Assembly (NCBI GenBank): GCA_966212285.1
Contig: CBIHQW010000007.1
Span: 19,961 to 83,960, forward strand
From: Massilia kyonggiensis
GTDB taxonomy: Bacteria; Pseudomonadota; Gammaproteobacteria; Burkholderiales; Burkholderiaceae_D
Reading direction: 5' to 3'
DNA: 64,000 bases
The notes beneath the pieces were generated by a model. The model saw only the letters and a list, made by a program, of their open reading frames with translations. It was not told where the DNA came from and ran no database searches. The position numbers were made by a program, and so were the translations under genes. Numbering within the stretch: the first letter of the stretch is position 1; each line of letters begins with the position of its first letter. Of this stretch, positions 19,050 through 28,110 are shown one piece after another.

Positions 19050-19991
19050 TTAGTGGCTGGCCCAGCCCTTGTAGGCCAGTACGTTCTGCTTGGTGATCGC
19101 GGGGGTCGGAATCAGCACGACCGGGTTGGCCGGCCGCTTGCCGTTCATGATCCCGTAGCCGATGTCGACGGCCATCGTGGCCATCTTGTAGGGGTCTTGC
19201 GCGGTGGTGACGGCGAAGATGCTGTTCTTCGACCTGAGGGCCGCTTCCGCATCCGGCGCGCCGTCGACGGAGGCGACCATCTGCACGTCTGGACGGCCGG
19301 CCTGTTTCACCGCCAGTTCGGCGCCGATCGCGGACGGGTCGTTGATGGCGAAGACGGCATCGATGCGGCGGTGCGCGATCAGCAGGTTCGTCATGACTTC
19401 CATGCCGCCATCGAGGCTGCCCTTCGCATCCTGGTTGTCGGACACGATGCGGATGCCCGTGCCGGCAAAGGCCTGCCTGCAGCCTGCCACGCGCGCGATC
19501 ACGGCGGTGACGGGCGGCCCGTTGACGATCACGACGTTGCCCTTGCCGTGCAGGCGTTCCACGATGCGCTTGCAGGATTCGGTGCCGGCCATCGTGTTGT
19601 CGGACATGATCGTCGCATCCGCGTTGTCCGCGCCGACGTCGACGGCCACCACGACGATGCCCGCATTGCGCGCCTTTTGCAGCACGGGTGCGATGCCCTT
19701 CGGATCGGACGCGTTGACGATCAGGATGTCGACCTTGTTGGCGATGAAGTTCTCGATCTGGCCAACCTGGGTGTTGAGGTCGTACTTGCTGGAGACGGTC
19801 GTCACCTTGACCTTGTCGCCGCCGACCTTTTTCGCGGCGTCAAGCGCGCCCTTGCCGATGGCGACAAAGTAGGGATTGGCGAGGTCGCTGACGGCGACGC
19901 CCACGGATTTCAGCGGCCGCGCCGCCAGCGCCTGGCCGGCCAGCGAGAAGGCGCATGCCGCGATGCACGCGAACACGGCGGATCTGTTCAT
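19050..19991 (-). CDS. Sugar ABC transporter periplasmic binding protein (RbsB-like)
   Basis: Signal peptide; [31 protein letters not shown]. Confidence 0.92.
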   Translation of the reverse strand: MNRSAVFACIAACAFSLAGQALAARPLKSVGVAVSDLANPYFVAIGKGALDAAKKVGGDKVKVTTVSSKYDLNTQVGQIENFIANKVDILIVNASDPKGIAPVLQKARNAGIVVVAVDVGADNADATIMSDNTMAGTESCKRIVERLHGKGNVVIVNGPPVTAVIARVAGCRQAFAGTGIRIVSDNQDAKGSLDGGMEVMTNLLIAHRRIDAVFAINDPSAIGAELAVKQAGRPDVQMVASVDGAPDAEAALRSKNSIFAVTTAQDPYKMATMAVDIGYGIMNGKRPANPVVLIPTPAITKQNVLAYKGWASH

Positions 19992-20041
19992 GACGTTGTC
20001 TCCGAGCTGTTTTAGGTATGGGTTACTGCCTGACGGAGAAA

Positions 20042-20057
20042 CTTTACACGTGTCGAC
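20042..20057. promoter_or_regulatory. Candidate LacI operator, copy 1
   Basis: CTTTACACGTGTCGAC; near-palindrome around ACACGTGT, 51 nt upstream of the SBP start; repeated at 20223. Confidence 0.65.
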
Positions 20058-20222
20058 TTTTTGTCGTCAACAGATTTTTTTACAAAATTTTTAATGGTTG
20101 AGTGACCACAACAACGCGTGATGCACAGTGAGCGAACGGCGCATGCGCGAGGAGAATCCGCGCTCTTATTGCACGCAAGTATTTTTGCTATGATGATGAC
20201 GCGCCGGTCGGCGGGGCGCTTA

Positions 20223-20238
20223 CTTTACACGAGTCAAC
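20223..20238. promoter_or_regulatory. Candidate LacI operator, copy 2
   Basis: CTTTACACGAGTCAAC; 14/16 identical to copy 1, 7 nt before the LacI ATG. Confidence 0.65.
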
Positions 20239-20244
20239 AAACTG

Positions 20245-21294
20245 ATGAAACCAGCGCAAAATTCCCGTGGCCCGGCCTCTCGTGGCCCGGTGACCATGCA
20301 CGACGTCGCCGCGCGGGCCGGCGTGTCGCGCGCCACGGTGTCGAAGTATTTCAACGACCGCGAGGGATTGAAGGCGGATACGCGGGCCCGCATCGAACAG
20401 GCCTGCCGCGACCTCGAATACGTGCCCGACCCGCACGCCGTGAGCCTCGTGCGCGGCCGCTCGCGCATGGTCGGCGTCATCCTGCCAGTCGTGAACGAAC
20501 CGTTCTTCGCCGAAGCCCTGCGTGCGATCGAGGCGAAGGCCAAGGCGCTGGGCATGGACGTGATCATCCAGTGCTCGTACAACGACCCGGCCGAGGAAGC
20601 GGCGGCGCTGATGACGATGCGGTCGATGAAGGTGGCGGGCGTGATCCTGACCGCGGTCGCGTCGAAGGCGAACCTCGACCTGCTGCTGCGGCTGGAGCAG
20701 GAAATGCGCATCGTCTACATGGACAGCTACGTCCACGAAGACTGCAACTACGTCATGAACGACAACCGCCAGAGCATGGCGATGCTCACCCGCTACCTGC
20801 TGGGCCGCGGCCACCGTCCGGCCTACCTGGGCGCGCCGCCCGTCGCGCATCCATCACCGGAAGAACGGCTGGCCGGCTACCTGGATGCGATGGCGGAAGC
20901 GGGCATGCAGCCGCACTTGGTGCCGGCCAGCACGCAGCCGTCCTGGGATTTCGAAGCGTACGCATTCCGCCACGTGCTCGATTGGCTCGCGAGCGGCGCC
21001 TGGAAGCGCGCCGGCGTCACGGCGCTCGCCTGCGGCACCGACAGGCTCGCCATCGGCGCCATGTCCGCCTGCCGCCGCTTCGGGCTGGAACCGGGCAAGG
21101 ACCTCGCGATCGTCGGCCACGACGACCTGCCGATTTCCGCCTACCTGTACCCGCCGCTGACGACGTTCCGGCAGGACGTCGCCGCCATCGGCGTCGCGGC
21201 GATGGAATGCCTGCAGGCGCAGCTCGACGGCACTGACGTGGCGCCGTACCGCAAGCGGTTTACGGGTGGACTGGTGCCGCGCGAGTCGGCTTGA
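20245..21294 (+). CDS. LacI family transcriptional regulator
   Basis: VTMHDVAARAGVSRATVSK HTH; DLAIVGHDD, PPLTTFRQD. Confidence 0.93.
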   Translation: MKPAQNSRGPASRGPVTMHDVAARAGVSRATVSKYFNDREGLKADTRARIEQACRDLEYVPDPHAVSLVRGRSRMVGVILPVVNEPFFAEALRAIEAKAKALGMDVIIQCSYNDPAEEAAALMTMRSMKVAGVILTAVASKANLDLLLRLEQEMRIVYMDSYVHEDCNYVMNDNRQSMAMLTRYLLGRGHRPAYLGAPPVAHPSPEERLAGYLDAMAEAGMQPHLVPASTQPSWDFEAYAFRHVLDWLASGAWKRAGVTALACGTDRLAIGAMSACRRFGLEPGKDLAIVGHDDLPISAYLYPPLTTFRQDVAAIGVAAMECLQAQLDGTDVAPYRKRFTGGLVPRESA

Positions 21295-21300
21295 AAACGT

Positions 21301-21960
21301 TCAACGCTTCGGCCGGAACCATTTGACGGCCGCGCGCGCATTCGCCTTGACCGTGTAATCGATCTTGGCAAACTGCTCTTCGAGCGCCTCCGCGAGCACG
21401 CTGCCCGGGCTGGGCGGCGGCAGGTGCAGGTGGGCGTCCGCCTCGCCGTATTCGCGGCGGATCTCCATGCCAGCCTTCTTCGCGATGTGCATCATCGTGC
21501 GGTTCGACGACAGGCACTGCATGTACAGCGTGTCGACGTCGGAATTGCGGCAGTGGATGGCGGCCCGTTCGAACAGCCGCGTGCCCACGCCCTGCCCCCG
21601 CGCCGATTTGGATACGGAGACGCCGAACTCGGCCACTTTTTCCTTGTCCGTGTAATGGATGCTGTCCGGATGCGCGTCGCGCGACGTGAACGCGAGGTGG
21701 CCGACGCCCACCAGTTGGAACCGGCCGTTGTAGACGCCGAACACGATGTCCTTCGAAAAATCGAGCTTCGCGACATAGGCCTCGACCTGCGCGTCCGGCA
21801 GCACGCTGCCGAAGCGCAGCAGGCGGTCGTCGCGGTCGAGGGCCAGGAAGTGGCGCAGGATGCGCCGCCTGTCGCGCTTGCGCAGCGCCTTGACGAGCAC
21901 GGCCTGGCCCTTCTTCTTGATCAGGTGGTTCAGCCAGCGGCGGAGTGGATTGTCCTGCAT
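21301..21960 (-). CDS. GNAT family N-acetyltransferase with C-terminal helical extension
   Basis: EFGVSVSKSARGQGVGTRL (acetyl-CoA motif A) and NRTMMHIAKKAGM. Start taken at MQDNPL (ATG 21960). Confidence 0.85.
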   Translation of the reverse strand: MQDNPLRRWLNHLIKKKGQAVLVKALRKRDRRRILRHFLALDRDDRLLRFGSVLPDAQVEAYVAKLDFSKDIVFGVYNGRFQLVGVGHLAFTSRDAHPDSIHYTDKEKVAEFGVSVSKSARGQGVGTRLFERAAIHCRNSDVDTLYMQCLSSNRTMMHIAKKAGMEIRREYGEADAHLHLPPPSPGSVLAEALEEQFAKIDYTVKANARAAVKWFRPKR

Positions 21961-22099
21961 GGAGTATTCGATTTGTGCACTGCAACAAGGCCCGGATTCT
22001 GGCGCCAATACAACAGAATTTAACAATCTATCGCTGGGAACGGGTTACCAGGGGTGAAGCGACATATACTTGATTCCGTAAAGAAACCAAGAGTGTCGC

Positions 22100-25000
22100 A
22101 TGTCATTTTTCCGCCGAGCCTTGCCGTGCGTGATGTTCTGGATAGTCGCGCTGCTGGCCTTCCCGTCCAGCGCAGCCAGCGCGGATGCGCCCGCAGTCTG
22201 GCATCCATTTTCTCACGTCTCGTTCCGGCATCACACCGAAGAAGCGCTGCGTTTCGGAACGTCCCTCGCGCAGGATCGCGCAGGCTTTATCTGGCTGGGT
22301 ACGCAGACCGGCCTGGTACGCTGGGACGGGTTCCGCGTGCGGCGCTACGTGGCCGATCCTGCGCGGGAAGGCAGCCTGCCCGACGGCTACATCCAGAGCG
22401 TACATGTCGACACGGGCGGACGCCTGTGGATCGGCACGAGCGCAGGCGGCCTGGCGCGCTACGATGCCGCGCGCGACCGCTTCGTCGTCATCCCGGCAGG
22501 TCCGGGCGGCCTGGGCCATGCACGCGTCTCCAGCATCGTCGACGACGGCGCCGGCGGCATCTGGGTCGGCACCGGCGCGGGACTGGAGCGCGTCGACGCC
22601 GGCGGCAAGGTGCACCCCGCCGCCAGCGGCGCCCCGCAAGTCGCCGCGCCCGCGCTGCCGCCGGATGGCGTCGACGTGCTGTTGCGCGACCGCCAGGGCG
22701 GCCTGTGGATCGGCACCCGCGAGGGCCTGTTCTACCGGTCCGGCGACCACGACCGGCTGGAAATCGTGCATCTCGGGCTGCCGACGCCCAACGAACCCTC
22801 GATCAACGCCCTGTACCAGGACAGCGCGGGCCGCGTATGGATCGGTACCCGCACCCACGGCGCCTTCGTCATCGCCACGCGGGGTGCAACGCCCCGCGCC
22901 ATCGTGGAAAGCGGCGCGCAGGCCACCTTGCAGGGCGAGCGCGTGTTCACGATCGTGCAAAAGGATGACGATACCGTCTGGCTCGGCACGGAGAGCGGCG
23001 GCATTGTCGAGGTCGACGTGCGCCACGGCACGACGCGGCGCCTGCGCTACCGCGGCGATGTGCCGGACAGCCTGCGCAGCGACGAGATCCTCGCCATGCT
23101 GCGCGAGCGCGGCGGCCAGATCTTCGTTGCCACGGGCGGCACGCTGAGCCAGCACGATCCCCGCGCGCACGGCATCGTGACGGTGCGGACGATCGGCAGT
23201 ATTACCGGCCTCAACATTTATCACCTGCTGCCCCGCCCGGACGGCACCGTATGGCTGAGCGTTCCCGGCGGCGGCGTGAGCATCGTCGACCCGCACACGG
23301 GTGCGACGGGCACGGCCGGGCCCCTGCCCAAGGGCCGGGTGCTCGCCATGGCGAATGCGCCGGACGGCAGCGTCTACATCGGCACCCAGCAAGGCCTGTA
23401 TCACAGCGACGGCAACGGGCGCAACGTGCGCCGCATCGAGATCGACGGACGCCGTCCCGATGCGTCCGTCTGGGCGCTGGCGTGGCAGGACGACGTCCTG
23501 TGGCTGGGCGGACTGGACGGCGCGTGGGCGGTGCGGCCGCCGCCGGCCGGGCCGGCGACGCCGCTGCGTCACGAAGACGAGTCGCTGGGCGACCGCCGCG
23601 TCACCGCCCTGCTGCCGCTCGCGGACGGCACCGTCTGGATCGGCACCCGGCGCGGCGTCGCGCGGCTGGACCGGGACGGCACGACCGTGGAGCGCCTGCC
23701 GACCGACAACGCCGACCGCACGCGCGCGCCGAACGGCTTCGTGTCCTCCCTGCTCGTCGATCGCACGGGCCGCCTGTGGCTGTCCTCGTTCGGCAACGGC
23801 ATCGCCGTGCTGGACTGCACCGATGCCGGCGGGCGCCGCTGGTTCCGCCGCCTGACGACGGCCGACGGCCTGCCCGACAACAGCGTCAACATGCTGGTAC
23901 AGGACCGCAGCGGACAAATCTGGCTGAGCACCGATCTCGGCCTGGCCGGCGTGCACCCCGACACCCTGCAGGTTCGCCGGCTGGGCGAGGCCGACGGCGC
24001 CCACGTGCCGAGTTACTGGACCAGTTCGGGCGCGCTGGGACGCGACGGCGAGGTGTTGTTCGGCGGTTTCACGGGCCTTTCCGTCGTGTTCCCGGACCGG
24101 CTGGACACGCGCCGTCCCCTGCCGCCGCTCGCCATCACGCAACTGATGCTCGGCGGGCGTACGATCCGCACGCTTGCGCCGGGCGCATCGAGCGGCGAGC
24201 CCGCCCCGCTGACCATCACGCCCGCCGATCGCGAACGCGGATTCGCGGTCGAGTTCGCGGCCCTGGACTACATGCCGGCCGAGCACCGCAGCTACAGCTA
24301 CCGGCTCGAAGGCTTCGACACCGCATGGATCGATGCCGACACGGCCGTGCGCCGCGCCAGCTACAACAACCTGCCGCCGGGCACCTATCGCCTGCACGTG
24401 CGCGCCACCGCCGCCGGCGACGACGCCGCCAGCCTGGCGCTGCCGGTCCGCGTCCTGCCCGCCTGGCACCAGCTCGCCTGGGTGCGGGCGCTGGGTGCGC
24501 TGGCCGTGCTGGCCATCCTCGCCGCCCTGATGCAGGCCCGCACGTCGTTGCTGCGCCGGCGCCAGCGCGAGCTGGAGGCGGTGGTGGCCAGCCGCACCGC
24601 CGAGCTGCGCGCGACCCAGCTGCAGCTGGAAACCATGGCCTACAACGACGCGTTGACGGACCTGCCCAACCGGCGCCGCTTCAACGACGAACTGCAGCGC
24701 CTGGCCGCCCTCGGCCGGCGCGGCGGCGCCCCGTTCGCGCTGCTCCTGATCGACCTGGACCGCTTCAAGCACATCAACGATACGCTCGGCCACGATGCCG
24801 GCGACGCATTGCTGGTCGCGGCGGCGGAGCGCCTGCGTGCGGCCGTGCGCCAGACCGACTGCGTGGCGCGGCTGGGCGGCGACGAATTCGCCGTTCTGCT
24901 GACGCCCGCCAGCGACGCCATCGTCGGCGACGTGGCCCGGCGCATCGTCGACTCGATGCGCGCGCCGATCGCGTTCGGCACCCACGCCATGCACGTCAGC

Positions 25001-25144
25001 GCCAGCATCGGCGCGGCCGTGGCCTGGCGGGACGGTGTCGACACGGATGCGCTGTACAAGAACGCCGATACGGCGCTGTACTGCGCCAAGGAAGCGGGCC
25101 GCGACACGTGGTGCAGGTTCGGGGCCGACGCCGCGGCGGCCTAG
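22100..25144 (+). CDS. Diguanylate cyclase with periplasmic beta-propeller (Reg_prop repeats) and Y_Y_Y sensor
   Basis: Signal peptide; repeated D..GxLWIGT blades; YSYRLEGFD...YNNLPPGTYRL; one TM segment; DALTDLPNRR, DLDRFKHINDTLGHDAGD, RQTD-x5-GGDEF. Confidence 0.92.
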   Translation: MSFFRRALPCVMFWIVALLAFPSSAASADAPAVWHPFSHVSFRHHTEEALRFGTSLAQDRAGFIWLGTQTGLVRWDGFRVRRYVADPAREGSLPDGYIQSVHVDTGGRLWIGTSAGGLARYDAARDRFVVIPAGPGGLGHARVSSIVDDGAGGIWVGTGAGLERVDAGGKVHPAASGAPQVAAPALPPDGVDVLLRDRQGGLWIGTREGLFYRSGDHDRLEIVHLGLPTPNEPSINALYQDSAGRVWIGTRTHGAFVIATRGATPRAIVESGAQATLQGERVFTIVQKDDDTVWLGTESGGIVEVDVRHGTTRRLRYRGDVPDSLRSDEILAMLRERGGQIFVATGGTLSQHDPRAHGIVTVRTIGSITGLNIYHLLPRPDGTVWLSVPGGGVSIVDPHTGATGTAGPLPKGRVLAMANAPDGSVYIGTQQGLYHSDGNGRNVRRIEIDGRRPDASVWALAWQDDVLWLGGLDGAWAVRPPPAGPATPLRHEDESLGDRRVTALLPLADGTVWIGTRRGVARLDRDGTTVERLPTDNADRTRAPNGFVSSLLVDRTGRLWLSSFGNGIAVLDCTDAGGRRWFRRLTTADGLPDNSVNMLVQDRSGQIWLSTDLGLAGVHPDTLQVRRLGEADGAHVPSYWTSSGALGRDGEVLFGGFTGLSVVFPDRLDTRRPLPPLAITQLMLGGRTIRTLAPGASSGEPAPLTITPADRERGFAVEFAALDYMPAEHRSYSYRLEGFDTAWIDADTAVRRASYNNLPPGTYRLHVRATAAGDDAASLALPVRVLPAWHQLAWVRALGALAVLAILAALMQARTSLLRRRQRELEAVVASRTAELRATQLQLETMAYNDALTDLPNRRRFNDELQRLAALGRRGGAPFALLLIDLDRFKHINDTLGHDAGDALLVAAAERLRAAVRQTDCVARLGGDEFAVLLTPASDAIVGDVARRIVDSMRAPIAFGTHAMHVSASIGAAVAWRDGVDTDALYKNADTALYCAKEAGRDTWCRFGADAAAA

Positions 25145-25145
25145 T

Positions 25146-26384
25146 TCAGTCGCGCACGTCGCCCAGCGCCGCCTTCACGGCGCTCACCCGTGCGGCGTGC
25201 ACGGCTTCCGGAATTCTTTCCCGGTTCTCGACGTAGCGGGCCGCCACCTCGCCCGCGTTCACGCCGCGCGCCGCATCCAGCGCGCGCAGCAGGTAAGGCG
25301 CCTGCGGATAGTCGCGGCTGCGCATGGCGTGGTTCTCGTCGCCGCGCCCGCGCGCATCGCATTCGGATGCCAGCAGCATCTGCGCGAAGCGGTCCGGCTT
25401 GCGGAAGGCGTCGCAGCGTTCGAACAGGGTCACGATCGTGTTCGGCCGCAGCTCGAGCGCGCGGCTGACGTTGCCGTGCTCGCGCGCCGTCATCACGGCC
25501 AGGTCGCGGCACTCCGTCGGCACGCGCAGGCGCTTGGAGAGTTCCGCGATCAGGCGCGGGCCCATGCCTTCGTGGCCATGGTGCTTCGGCCAGTGTTCGG
25601 GCGGCGTCGCGCCCTTGCCCAGGTCGTGCATCAGGGCGGCGAAACGCACGGGCAGGTCGCAGCCCCGTTCGGCCGCGTAGTCGATCACGAGCATCATGTG
25701 CACGCCCGTGTCGACTTCGGGATGGTGCAATGGCGGTTGCGGCACGCCCCACAGCGCATCGAGCTCGGGCAGGATGCGCGCCAGCGCGCCACAGTCGCGC
25801 AGCACGGCCAGCATGCGCGACGGCTTTTGCTCCATCAGCCCGCGCGACAATTCCTGCCACACGCGCTCCGGCACGAGTGCATCCACCTCACCCGCCTCGA
25901 CCATGCTCCGCATCAGCGCGAGCGTCGTGCCGGCAACCGTGAAATCCGGGAAGCGCGCGGCGAAGCGGGCCAGGCGCAGGATGCGCACCGGGTCCTCGGC
26001 AAACGCGGGCGACACGTGGCGGAACACGCGGTCGTTTAAATCCTGCAAGCCGCCGTACGGGTCGACGATGGTGCCGTCCTCGGCGCGCGCCATCGCATTG
26101 ATGGTCAGGTCGCGCCGGACCAGGTCGTCTTCGAGCTTCACGTCGGGCGCGGTGTGGAACACGAAGCCGTGGTAGCCCGGCGCCGTCTTGCGCTCGGTGC
26201 GGGCGAGCGCGTATTCCTCGTGCGTGTCCGGATGCAGGAACACGGGAAAATCCTTGCCGACCGGGCGGAACCCTTTGGCGATCATGTCCTCGGGCGTAGC
26301 GCCGACGACGACCCAGTCGTGGTCCTGCACGGGCAGCCCCAGCAGCTCATCGCGGACGGCGCCGCCGACGACGTACGCCTGCAT
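25146..26384 (-). CDS. cca: Multifunctional CCA tRNA nucleotidyltransferase/phosphatase (HD domain)
   Basis: YVVGGAVRDELLG...DHDWVV, RRDLTINAMA, EDPVRILR, HHPEVDTGVH, LMHDLGKG. Start at 26384 or 26390. Confidence 0.95.
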   Translation of the reverse strand: MQAYVVGGAVRDELLGLPVQDHDWVVVGATPEDMIAKGFRPVGKDFPVFLHPDTHEEYALARTERKTAPGYHGFVFHTAPDVKLEDDLVRRDLTINAMARAEDGTIVDPYGGLQDLNDRVFRHVSPAFAEDPVRILRLARFAARFPDFTVAGTTLALMRSMVEAGEVDALVPERVWQELSRGLMEQKPSRMLAVLRDCGALARILPELDALWGVPQPPLHHPEVDTGVHMMLVIDYAAERGCDLPVRFAALMHDLGKGATPPEHWPKHHGHEGMGPRLIAELSKRLRVPTECRDLAVMTAREHGNVSRALELRPNTIVTLFERCDAFRKPDRFAQMLLASECDARGRGDENHAMRSRDYPQAPYLLRALDAARGVNAGEVAARYVENRERIPEAVHAARVSAVKAALGDVRD

Positions 26385-26389
26385 CGTCA

Positions 26390-27106
26390 TCAGTCCGGCA
26401 ACTCGTCTTCGTGCAGGCCGGCGATTTCCGTTTCGGCCATCGCTTCCTCGACCCAGCGCGCGACGGCCGGGTGCGCGAGCACGCGTGCGCAGTACGCCTG
26501 CAGCGCGGGCGCCAGCGCCACGCCATAGGTCTGGAAGCGCGTGACGACAGGCGCGAAGAAGGCGTCGGCGATGGAGAAATCGCCGAACAGGAAGTTGTGG
26601 TGGCCGAAGCGGGACAGGCACTCTTCCCAGATCTCGCAGATGCGGCCGATGTCGGCCTGGGCACCCGGCGTGCGGCCGCGGCCCGGCAGGCGCGCCTTGA
26701 TGTTCATCGTCATCGCGGTGCGCAGGTCGCCGAAGCCGGAATGCATCTCGGCCACGACGGAACGCGCCAGCGCGCGGGCGGCTACGTCCTGCGGCCACAT
26801 ATGCTTCTCAGGAAATTGCTCGGCCACGTATTCGCAGATGGCGAGGCTGTCCCAGATCGTCATCTCGCCGGCCAGCAGCACGGGCACGCGGCCGGACGCC
26901 GAGTACTGCGCGATGTTGGTGGCCGTGTCCGGCTTGTCGAGCAGGACGCGCACTTCCGTGAACGGGATGCCGGCGGCGACGAGCGCCACCCACGGGCGCA
27001 TCGACCACGAAGAGTAATTCTTGTTGCCGATGACCAGGGTCAGGCCGGCCTGGCGTGCGTTGTCGAGGGTCTGCGTCAATGTCGGGTCGAGTTCGAGAGT
27101 CTGCAT
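26390..27106 (-). CDS. Glutathione S-transferase family protein
   Basis: IGNKNYSSWSMRPW, SGRVPVL, IWDSLAICEY, FSIADAFFAP. Confidence 0.92.
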   Translation of the reverse strand: MQTLELDPTLTQTLDNARQAGLTLVIGNKNYSSWSMRPWVALVAAGIPFTEVRVLLDKPDTATNIAQYSASGRVPVLLAGEMTIWDSLAICEYVAEQFPEKHMWPQDVAARALARSVVAEMHSGFGDLRTAMTMNIKARLPGRGRTPGAQADIGRICEIWEECLSRFGHHNFLFGDFSIADAFFAPVVTRFQTYGVALAPALQAYCARVLAHPAVARWVEEAMAETEIAGLHEDELPD

Positions 27107-27128
27107 GGTGTGGCGTGATCGTTGAAGG

Positions 27129-28094
27129 TCAGCGCCCGGCACGGGCGCGCAGGACGTCGAGTCCGCCGGGCGGCGCCAGGTACTGCGGCGCGACGGCCTC
27201 GAGCGCCGTGAGCTTGATTCCCAGCGCCGCTGTTGTCAAGACTTTATTGTCCCTGGACGGGTGGACGACGTTGTCGACCTTCATCGAATCGAGGTTGTCG
27301 CGCGTGATGACGGGCTCGCCCGGCAGCAGCTCGAACAACATCGCCTGCAGCCGCGCGAGCGCGTCCGGCAGCGCGATCACCTTGCGCTCGTGGCCGGCAT
27401 AGCGCCCCGCCAGCCGCACCAGTTCTCCCAGTTCATAGACCTGCGGCCCGCCCAGTTCGTACGTGAGGCCCGCCGTGTGCGGATCGAGCAGCACGCGCAC
27501 GAACGCCTCGGCCACATCGCCCACGTACACGGGCTGGAAGCGCGCATGCGCGCAGGCGAGCGGGACGACGGGCAGGTGGCGCTGCAGGCGCGCGAACATG
27601 TTGAGAAATTTGTCTTCCGGGCCGAACACGACGGACGGCCGGAAGATCGTCGCCGCGACGCTGGCCTGGCTCGCCGCGGCCGCCTCGCCGTCGGCCTTCG
27701 AGCGCTGGTACATCGACGGCCCATTGCGGTCGGCCCCCAGCGCGCTCATGTGCAGGTAGCGCGGCACGCCTTCAGCCGCGCAGGCGGCGGCGATGCGGCG
27801 CGGCAGATCGACGTGGGCCCGGCGGAAATCCGGCCCGTACGGATCGCCGCGGCGCGAGTGCAAAATGCCAACCAGGTTGATGACGGCATCGCGCCCCGCC
27901 ACGAGCTTGCGGAGCGCCACATCGTCGTACGGGTCGGCCTGCACGATGTCGACGCCCAGCGGCATCAGGTGCATCGCGTGGCTTTCGTGCCGCGTGGGCA
28001 CGACGACGTCGATGGCGTGCTCGGACAGCCTGGCCGCCAGGTGGCTGCCGATGAATCCGGTCCCGCCGAACATTACGACCGATTGCGCGTGCAT
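27129..28094 (-). CDS. Complex I NDUFA9-like NAD(P)-binding (atypical SDR) protein
   Basis: VMFGGTGFIGS, INLVGIL, HMSALGA, YQRSKADGE, RPSVVFGPED. Confidence 0.88.
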   Translation of the reverse strand: MHAQSVVMFGGTGFIGSHLAARLSEHAIDVVVPTRHESHAMHLMPLGVDIVQADPYDDVALRKLVAGRDAVINLVGILHSRRGDPYGPDFRRAHVDLPRRIAAACAAEGVPRYLHMSALGADRNGPSMYQRSKADGEAAAASQASVAATIFRPSVVFGPEDKFLNMFARLQRHLPVVPLACAHARFQPVYVGDVAEAFVRVLLDPHTAGLTYELGGPQVYELGELVRLAGRYAGHERKVIALPDALARLQAMLFELLPGEPVITRDNLDSMKVDNVVHPSRDNKVLTTAALGIKLTALEAVAPQYLAPPGGLDVLRARAGR

Positions 28095-28110
28095 GCTGTC
28101 TCCTGCTGGT

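Noticed and set aside
2586-19991. Recurrent GGAGAC just upstream of start codons (IOR, GH5, MFS, LacI, LamB, ABC ATPase, SBP)
   Set aside because: Most simply an extended Shine-Dalgarno preference of this lineage; no evidence for a separate regulatory motif.
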